From a virus, in IMG/VR virus record IMGVR_UViG_3300013101_000005, positions 34,632 to 98,631 of that record: DNA of 64,000 nt; one strand, given 5' to 3'. The notes beneath the pieces were generated by a model. The model was not told the origin of the DNA and ran no database searches. It saw only the letters and a list, made by a program, of their open reading frames with translations. Shown here in pieces: positions 58,082 to 64,000 of the stretch (positions within the stretch are counted from its first letter, which is position 1; the number at the start of each line of letters is the position of its first letter). The position numbers and the translations under genes were made by a program.

Positions 58082-59938
58082 CTATGTAACTTCGCATTGC
58101 CCAGCATGGCAGGCAAGTTCACCTTTCAAATCTGTATTATCCTCTTCCTCTTTTATCTTTGTAAAGTCAACACTTATCATTGACTTGAGTAACTTATTAT
58201 AAATGTACGGGCTACAAGACTCAAATGGGGGTTGCTGATATGTTCCTCCGTCAAAGGGGAGTAGGCTTATTCCGTTAAAGTTCTTTCTGTTTGTCCATAA
58301 CCAATCTTTAACAATATCCCATTCTCCATCTTTAACAGATACGGTGGCTGATACATTATTTGTGTTTGGACCATCTACATGACCAGCAACCACCCATTTA
58401 TTAAAGAAAGTACTAATACGATCCAATAGTTCTATCATTTTTTCATCTCTTGTGATAGCATTCACTGGGGCTTTTTGTGGAATAGAAAGCACCGCAGTAT
58501 CGTGTGGTCGGAAGAAATCATCTTCTATTAAATCTGAATTCTTCTTATTTAAGTACTTATACATGTTCTCTTCTTTATTCAACCGGATTCGTCTTATGTA
58601 ATATTGTGAATGCCACGCATGAATACCAGAAGAACACCCTAACACAATACTAGAGGTTCCCGCTGGTTTGATCGTTGTAACTCTCTTTGCAGGATTTATG
58701 CCAATAAGTTCTGCAACACGTTTATTTTCTTCAATAGCTAGTTTTGCTCCTTCTTCTAAATCAATGTTTTCTAGTTTATTAGAAGCTATTCCAGTTAGAG
58801 ATACACCAATTAGAGCGTCCCTTTCTGTTGCCTCTTTCCAGATTTCACGTAAATAATGGAAATCTGTATAAGAGGCTTGTAAGGTTCCTAAAAAAGCGGC
58901 TGATTTGACTCTTTCATTGAGGTCTTCTTGTGTTGTTATTGTTGATGCATTTATTTCACTTAAGTTGCAGAAAGAATAAGGTTTCAATCCTATCTCACCA
59001 CAAGGATTAGATAGCATATCTTTATCATTAGTAAAATAAATTCCTGGTTCTCCCCACCTAGAAGCCTTTAGAAATTGAAAGGCTTTCTCAAAGTTTTCTT
59101 TTTTAACACGTGATCTAACAAATACAACAGAATTGTTTGCTCTACCTCTTTGTGGATTAATCTCCCACCAATTCCCTGTTTTAGAAGCAAACATTTCATC
59201 ATCCCTAAGGGAGAAGAAAGCAATCATAGCGGCTCGTCTTATCCCACCAGACAAGACAGCATCTGCAATATGACATAGAATATCGTGACACTGTACTGTA
59301 GTTAGGTTACCTGACTCTTTGGCTGTTTCAAGTATCCCTTTTATCTTAACCATGCATTCCTTTAGTGGTTGTGGCCCCGGTGCCTTACCTCCACTAGTTA
59401 CCAATCGTTCCCCTTTAGATCTAATATCAGAGTAGTCAAATTTAATCTTATGCCCACCAAAGAAATAAGACTTCATTAAAATCTTTATAGCATCTGCCCA
59501 ACCTTCAATAGAATCCCCAATCAAATATCGTTTTGTCTTCTTTGGGTGCGGCCCAACTATTTCAGGTAATTTACTAACATGATGCATTTGTACTGAATAA
59601 CCAACCCCAGTTCCTCCCAACAACAAAAACATTGTTTCATTAAATGCTTCCCACGAATCAATAGGGATGTAAGCACAATTATTAATTCTTGCTGGGTTGA
59701 TCTCAATTGGTTTACCTCCAAATTGTAAAGATCTCATACTTGGTAATACTTCTTTGTTGTACACAAGTTTGTATGCGGCATTTATTTCTTTTTTTAATTC
59801 AGGAAATTTTCGTGTGTGCATTTCCTTGTTACGGGTTACTACTTCCGTCCATGATTCCCTTCGTTGCTTCTCTGGTATATACTTTGCATATTTCATATAG
59901 ATAATAAGTTCTGATAAAATCTTAGATGCTGTCTCCAT
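58082..59938 (-). CDS. nrdJ: Class II (adenosylcobalamin-dependent) ribonucleotide reductase, monomeric RTPR type
   Basis: PSMRSL, NNC, GTGVG, SGGIRRAA, EPG, NPCGEI, FCNL, TTIKPAGT and C-terminal CHAGQC; no beta-subunit gene is adjacent. Confidence 0.9.
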   Translation of the reverse strand: METASKILSELIIYMKYAKYIPEKQRRESWTEVVTRNKEMHTRKFPELKKEINAAYKLVYNKEVLPSMRSLQFGGKPIEINPARINNCAYIPIDSWEAFNETMFLLLGGTGVGYSVQMHHVSKLPEIVGPHPKKTKRYLIGDSIEGWADAIKILMKSYFFGGHKIKFDYSDIRSKGERLVTSGGKAPGPQPLKECMVKIKGILETAKESGNLTTVQCHDILCHIADAVLSGGIRRAAMIAFFSLRDDEMFASKTGNWWEINPQRGRANNSVVFVRSRVKKENFEKAFQFLKASRWGEPGIYFTNDKDMLSNPCGEIGLKPYSFCNLSEINASTITTQEDLNERVKSAAFLGTLQASYTDFHYLREIWKEATERDALIGVSLTGIASNKLENIDLEEGAKLAIEENKRVAELIGINPAKRVTTIKPAGTSSIVLGCSSGIHAWHSQYYIRRIRLNKEENMYKYLNKKNSDLIEDDFFRPHDTAVLSIPQKAPVNAITRDEKMIELLDRISTFFNKWVVAGHVDGPNTNNVSATVSVKDGEWDIVKDWLWTNRKNFNGISLLPFDGGTYQQPPFESCSPYIYNKLLKSMISVDFTKIKEEEDNTDLKGELACHAGQCEVT

Positions 59939-60299
59939 TTGATCTCCTTTTGAGTTCTCTGCTTATAAAGTTTGTAATGAGTTCCATCCATTCTTGGCTG
60001 GTAGCCAGCATATATATCTGCTTAGACCCTAGTTTACGCTCGTAGTGTAGCCACACATCTAAATTTTCTTTTTTAGCTTCCTCCAGAGTGTCTAATGCCC
60101 TGTAATAAAGCCCAGATTTAGGATACGTTTTCCTTGTTTTTAGTTCAACCAATGTTGAATATGAAACAGGCAATACTATATCCCCCGGTCTTGGTTCCCC
60201 AGCATCATTACTATTAATACGTCCACTACCCATATTTCTTGATGTCCCCATCCATTTTGCTATTTCTAATTCAAACTTTTTCCAAATTGTGTTTGACAT
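59922..60299 (-). CDS. PD-(D/E)xK nuclease, Holliday junction resolvase-like
   Basis: WKKFE.EIA..MG..R..GSG...GDIV...VELK. Confidence 0.7.
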   Translation of the reverse strand: MSNTIWKKFELEIAKWMGTSRNMGSGRINSNDAGEPRPGDIVLPVSYSTLVELKTRKTYPKSGLYYRALDTLEEAKKENLDVWLHYERKLGSKQIYMLATSQEWMELITNFISRELKRRSNGDSI

Positions 60300-60818
60300 A
60301 CCTATGCGCCTTTCCATGACATGTAGAACATAACCAAGTAACCATTAACCAACTGTCTTTTTTGTAACTAGAATGATGTGCATGTATAAATCCAACTATA
60401 CCACACACAGGACATACATTAGGTCTTGTTAGTTTTCCTGTTTTTAAAGCGTATTCTACCTTTCTTCTTGCTTTAAATTTATTGGAGTTTGCTTTGTAAG
60501 CACGCAATCTTTTTTCTCTATTTTTAGCTCTACTACTCTCTAATGTTTCCTTATAACGTTTACATGCCATAGAATTAATTCTTTTTCTATGTTTTCTATT
60601 ATACTCTTTATGCTTAATAATAAGTTCATCCTTATTTTTAATATAATATGCTTGGGCATACTCTGTTATTTTTTCTTTATTATTTTTTCTGTATTTAGTA
60701 TTACTTTTTGCTTGGCAAAGTCTACAATAGCTTCTATGCCCATCTTTACGCTGACTTTGTTTATTAAATTCTGTAAATAATTTAAAGAAACCACAACAAT
60801 TACATTTTTCCCTTCCAT
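60271..60818 (-). pseudogene. Zinc-finger/HNH-like endonuclease with a 1-nt frameshift just after the start codon
   Basis: An SD-preceded ATG at 60818 is out of frame with an open frame encoding KCNCCG..K.FTEF.K...KDG..SYCRLC ... CPVCG...HAHH.SY...WLC.TCH. Confidence 0.65.
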
Positions 60819-60819
60819 A

Positions 60820-61461
60820 TTAACACTCCGGACATTCTATAAAGTCTTTAAGCACTAATTTAGCCCAACTCTCCAGTTCAACTTCTTCTGAATTTAAAAA
60901 AGAACCAAAATCTTTACGATTAACTTCTAATATATCTGCTATTTCAGTTTTACTTAAAATTTGTTCTTTTAATTTAGGAGTTATATTTAAATCTAACAAA
61001 AACAAAATACCTGTATGTACCTTACCAACTTCATTAGACTTGTCTTCAATTAGAGTAAAAAATTCAATATCTTTTGCATCTACTATAACACCAGTTTCCT
61101 CTTCCATCTCTCTAATTAGCCCATTAAACACCACAGGAGGCACTTTAGAGTTTTTTGTTTGTACCCAATCACTTGCATACTCCTTATCCCAATCCTCAGG
61201 ATCAATATGCCCACCAAAAATCATAGTAAAAAGTCCAGCTAGTCTCTGTTCCGTGTGTTTAGATTTTCTTTGGTACACAAGAATACTTTGCTTCTCTTTG
61301 TCTCTGATAACAAAAGAGGGGATGATCTGCTGAAAGTCAGGACGAGTTTCCATCCTAGTACGTTCAGCAAAGAATCCTCTGTCTTCTATAGTAGCAAAGG
61401 TATCTTCAATGGTGTCGGCTTTACCCATCTCGTCTGTTCTAACTACATAAATTGTTTTCAT
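60820..61461 (-). CDS. Nudix-family phosphoesterase
   Basis: QQIIP..VI, EQRL.G....GGHI, REMEEETG and VGKVH.G. Confidence 0.85.
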   Translation of the reverse strand: MKTIYVVRTDEMGKADTIEDTFATIEDRGFFAERTRMETRPDFQQIIPSFVIRDKEKQSILVYQRKSKHTEQRLAGLFTMIFGGHIDPEDWDKEYASDWVQTKNSKVPPVVFNGLIREMEEETGVIVDAKDIEFFTLIEDKSNEVGKVHTGILFLLDLNITPKLKEQILSKTEIADILEVNRKDFGSFLNSEEVELESWAKLVLKDFIECPEC

Positions 61462-61470
61462 AGCACTCTC

Positions 61471-62841
61471 CTAGAATGGCATAGTTTCATCTTCTTCTTC
61501 TTCTGGTTTAGAGGAAGCCCTCTGCCCCTTCTTGAACTCTATTTCTGAAATCTCTTCAAAAGTTTGAATAGTCTTGTGGTTTAACATAAAGAAATCTCCA
61601 ATAGCTCCTTCACGTTGTTTTGCCAGTAGCCCTTTTGTCTTTGATTGAACTTTATTTTTCCTCTCTTGATTTGTTGAATACAATAATAAAACAGTATCGG
61701 CATTTTGTTCAATTTCTCCAGAATCCCTGAGGTCATGTAGTGCTGGTTCCCTGCCTTCCATCAAGTGTCTACGGGATAGCTGTGAAATTAAAATAAGGGG
61801 TATATTTAATCTGGTAGCCTCTTGTTTAAATAGTCTGGAAATAGAGGCTACTTCATCATTTCTATTACCAGTGCTGGCAGGGTTTCTAATTAGTTGTAGA
61901 TAATCAATCATAATAAGATCAAGTTTATGTTTGTAGTGCGCTTTTCTGATGGAGGTAATTATATCAAAGACATCTGCAGATTGATTATCTTCAAAAAACA
62001 TGGTACTACTTTTTATTAGGTTTGCCGCAGATTGTAGTCTTTGAATATCTACTTCATTAATTATACCACGCTCTAGTTTAAAACTATCCACCTTAGACCT
62101 TTCAAGCAAGATACGTTCCACCAAACTTTCCTTAATCATTTCCAATGAATAGACAAAAACTTTTTTAGTTTTTTCTACGGCGGCATATGAACAAAGGTTT
62201 AGGGATAATTCTGTTTTACCAGTAGAGGTAGGGGCGGCGATTACAATTAATTCGCCACCAGAAAGCCCACCACGCTTAAGTAGGCTATTCAGGGCCGGAT
62301 AGGGGGTTTCAACCACATTGTCTTTTGTGTATTCTTTGCCGTCCAACACGTGTTGATGAATATCTAAATGTCTGTCAACAACTCTGTCTACAATTTCAGA
62401 GATAGAAAATATAGATGTACTACGTAACTGTTCCATACCATCTAGATCCACACGTAGTTTATGTAAGATATCGGAGGGGACTATGGTATCTGGGTCACCA
62501 CTAAGACGTTGTTTTAAAGAGGTAGCTGTCTTAGCTAAACTTCTAGCTATTAGCCCCTCCTCCAATATCTTATAGAATGTATCAAAGAACTCATAAGACT
62601 TATCCCGCAGTTTCAGATCAGAAATTGCACGTTGCTCGTTGTTGTTGTTTGATAGTGTAGAGATTTCTATTGGCTTGTTTTCTAATATGTTAATTCTAAT
62701 ATTAGCAACAAGTTTTTTATGAAAGGGGTCATGGAAAAGGTCAGGTCTTACCTTATCAGCATGTTCTATAACCATTTCTGGTGTATTTAGAAAAATTGAA
62801 AGTAAGTCCTTTTCAGCCTCTAGGTTTACCCCATTAATCAT
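61471..62841 (-). CDS. dnaB: Replicative DNA helicase
   Basis: AAPTSTGKT, SLEM, IDYLQL, SQLSR, LRDSGEIEQNAD, KQREG and acidic tail ETMPF. Confidence 0.95.
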   Translation of the reverse strand: MINGVNLEAEKDLLSIFLNTPEMVIEHADKVRPDLFHDPFHKKLVANIRINILENKPIEISTLSNNNNEQRAISDLKLRDKSYEFFDTFYKILEEGLIARSLAKTATSLKQRLSGDPDTIVPSDILHKLRVDLDGMEQLRSTSIFSISEIVDRVVDRHLDIHQHVLDGKEYTKDNVVETPYPALNSLLKRGGLSGGELIVIAAPTSTGKTELSLNLCSYAAVEKTKKVFVYSLEMIKESLVERILLERSKVDSFKLERGIINEVDIQRLQSAANLIKSSTMFFEDNQSADVFDIITSIRKAHYKHKLDLIMIDYLQLIRNPASTGNRNDEVASISRLFKQEATRLNIPLILISQLSRRHLMEGREPALHDLRDSGEIEQNADTVLLLYSTNQERKNKVQSKTKGLLAKQREGAIGDFFMLNHKTIQTFEEISEIEFKKGQRASSKPEEEEDETMPF

Positions 62842-63142
62842 CTAATGCTTCCTTTATTAATTTATCCATTAAGTCCTTAGCAACTTCTGTACCTTTTTCG
62901 TCTGAATGTATTATTTTAGTTAAAGAAGATAAATAAAGGATTGTTATTTTTGAGGATATATCATTAACAACCTTTGGCTGATACCCATCTTTTTCAAGAT
63001 GGGATATCGCCTTGCTTATATTATCTGCCCCATCCCTTTTTATAATACTAAAAAGGAGTCCTGTTGTTTTTTTAGAAGGGTTTATCCACTTGTTCCTCAG
63101 CAACCGGAACTTGATCTTTCCCATCTTTACTCTTAGACTCAT
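62834..63142 (-). CDS. Hypothetical protein upstream of the helicase
   Basis: AGGTG SD; overlaps both neighbours. Confidence 0.55.
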   Translation of the reverse strand: MSLRVKMGKIKFRLLRNKWINPSKKTTGLLFSIIKRDGADNISKAISHLEKDGYQPKVVNDISSKITILYLSSLTKIIHSDEKGTEVAKDLMDKLIKEALDD

Positions 63143-63872
63143 TTTTCACCTTTTTAGTTTTTGTGGGTTTGGCAGTAGTTTCTTTTCCTTTTAATAAACT
63201 ATCTAACTCTTTATTTATTAATTCAATATCAGCTTCTGTTAGGTTATGTATACCATCATATGTTTTTTCTACTACAGAACAAACAAAACGCATTAACACA
63301 TTATCATTAACTGTTTCTAGCCCATGCACTTCCATTAATACTTCTGAAATTCTATCAACTACCTTCTGCAATTTGTACTTAAATCCACGTAACTGTTCAT
63401 GAATACTCCCCTTGTATGCAGAATCTCCTAACCCAAAATATGAAAAGATCTTTTTCATTGCATCTGTTTGGGCACCTTTTAATGTGTCTCCTAAACTATT
63501 ATTTAGGAATTGACATCCACCAAAACTTTCTTTAACTGCTAAAATATCACCATCAGGATTTCTAATAGTAATTTTCATTCTAACACAAACAGACTCTTTT
63601 GATCCCTTTTTACCCTTATATTCAGTTTCAACAATATCCCTAATATAAGGGACAGATCTTCCTTCTGAATCATACCCAATTGTTAATAGGTCTTGTTCCC
63701 AATTACATCCAAAATTAAATAGTACTGAATTCAATCTATCAATTAAATACGCAATATTATACCCCTGTGCCTTGTCTCCAAAGTCCTTTGTTTGAACAGC
63801 ATCTACTGGAATCGGTTGTTTGAGTTCGTTGTAAATGTCATTCCATAGATCTTTCTTTTTTTCTACTGCCAT
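63072..63872 (-). CDS. Rad52/Rad22-family (Sak-like) single-strand annealing protein
   Basis: L..P.P...VQ.K...GY...YLIDRLN.V...W and GD.LKGA.TDAMKK..SYFGLG..AY. Confidence 0.8.
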   Translation of the reverse strand: MAVEKKKDLWNDIYNELKQPIPVDAVQTKDFGDKAQGYNIAYLIDRLNSVLFNFGCNWEQDLLTIGYDSEGRSVPYIRDIVETEYKGKKGSKESVCVRMKITIRNPDGDILAVKESFGGCQFLNNSLGDTLKGAQTDAMKKIFSYFGLGDSAYKGSIHEQLRGFKYKLQKVVDRISEVLMEVHGLETVNDNVLMRFVCSVVEKTYDGIHNLTEADIELINKELDSLLKGKETTAKPTKTKKVKNESKSKDGKDQVPVAEEQVDKPF

Positions 63873-64000
63873 TTTGTACCTCTGTTCTTTTGACGTATTG
63901 TAATAACACGGATTGACTTAAAATTGTTTCAGCGGGTTTTTCCCTGAAATGCTCTTCATCTATCGTCATATATACCGAAAAAAGGAAGCAAGTAACGTGC
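63839..64000 (-). CDS. 3' end of a gene truncated by the window edge
   Basis: The frame is open from the edge for 53 codons to TGA and overlaps the start of the annealase gene. Confidence 0.45.

Noticed and set aside
7637-62841. Inteins in PolA, TerL, RNR or DnaB
   Set aside because: Protein lengths are ordinary and no intein splice-junction or LAGLIDADG motifs were seen.
482-63402. Many short ORFs antisense to or nested in long genes (for example 28946-29446, 13480-13890, 34658-35014, 54283-54594)
   Set aside because: They are shadows of well-supported genes, with no recognisable motifs or convincing SD sites.
1-64000. tRNA genes, att sites and restriction-site avoidance
   Set aside because: No cloverleaf or att-like repeat was seen in the few short intergenic gaps. 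GATC, CCGG and TCGA are present, and k-mer depletion cannot be established without computation.

Overview
The window is a 64 kb, AT-rich, gene-dense segment of a large tailed dsDNA phage or prophage, probably a long-tailed siphovirus. It uses the standard genetic code and has strong GGAGG Shine-Dalgarno (SD) sites. The + strand from 1 to 12.6 kb is a nucleotide-metabolism and replication operon: glycosyltransferases, HAD nucleotidase, HU-like protein, thymidine kinase, HNH, Xer-like recombinase, SSB, GIY-YIG endonuclease, PolA, dNMP kinase and a sigma factor. The + strand from 12.6 to 52.9 kb is a full morphogenesis module: TerL, portal fused to a MuF-like domain, protease with a nested scaffold, decoration protein, major capsid protein, neck, tail tube, frameshifted tail chaperones, a 2686-aa tape measure protein, and tail-tip and fibre genes. 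The - strand from 52.9 to 64 kb is a convergent second replication module: SLOG protein, ThyX, spanin-like protein, two glycosyltransferases, primase, class II RNR, resolvase, HNH, Nudix, DnaB and a Rad52/Sak-like annealase. The most notable signals are: (1) a ~535-aa hierarchical proline-repeat insert in the tape measure protein; (2) herpesvirus-like capsid maturation logic, with a nested protease/scaffold gene, enriched hydrophobic-x-Ala-Ser motifs, and one such motif at the portal-MuF junction; (3) four or five glycosyltransferases next to PolA and primase; (4) a primase with its CHC2 zinc finger at the C-terminus; (5) three tandem GUAA-capped RNA hairpins between tail genes; and (6) an internally duplicated tail tube protein with two Dit-like paralogs. 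All calls come from motif recognition by eye; no database searches were run. No tRNA, rRNA or CRISPR array was seen.
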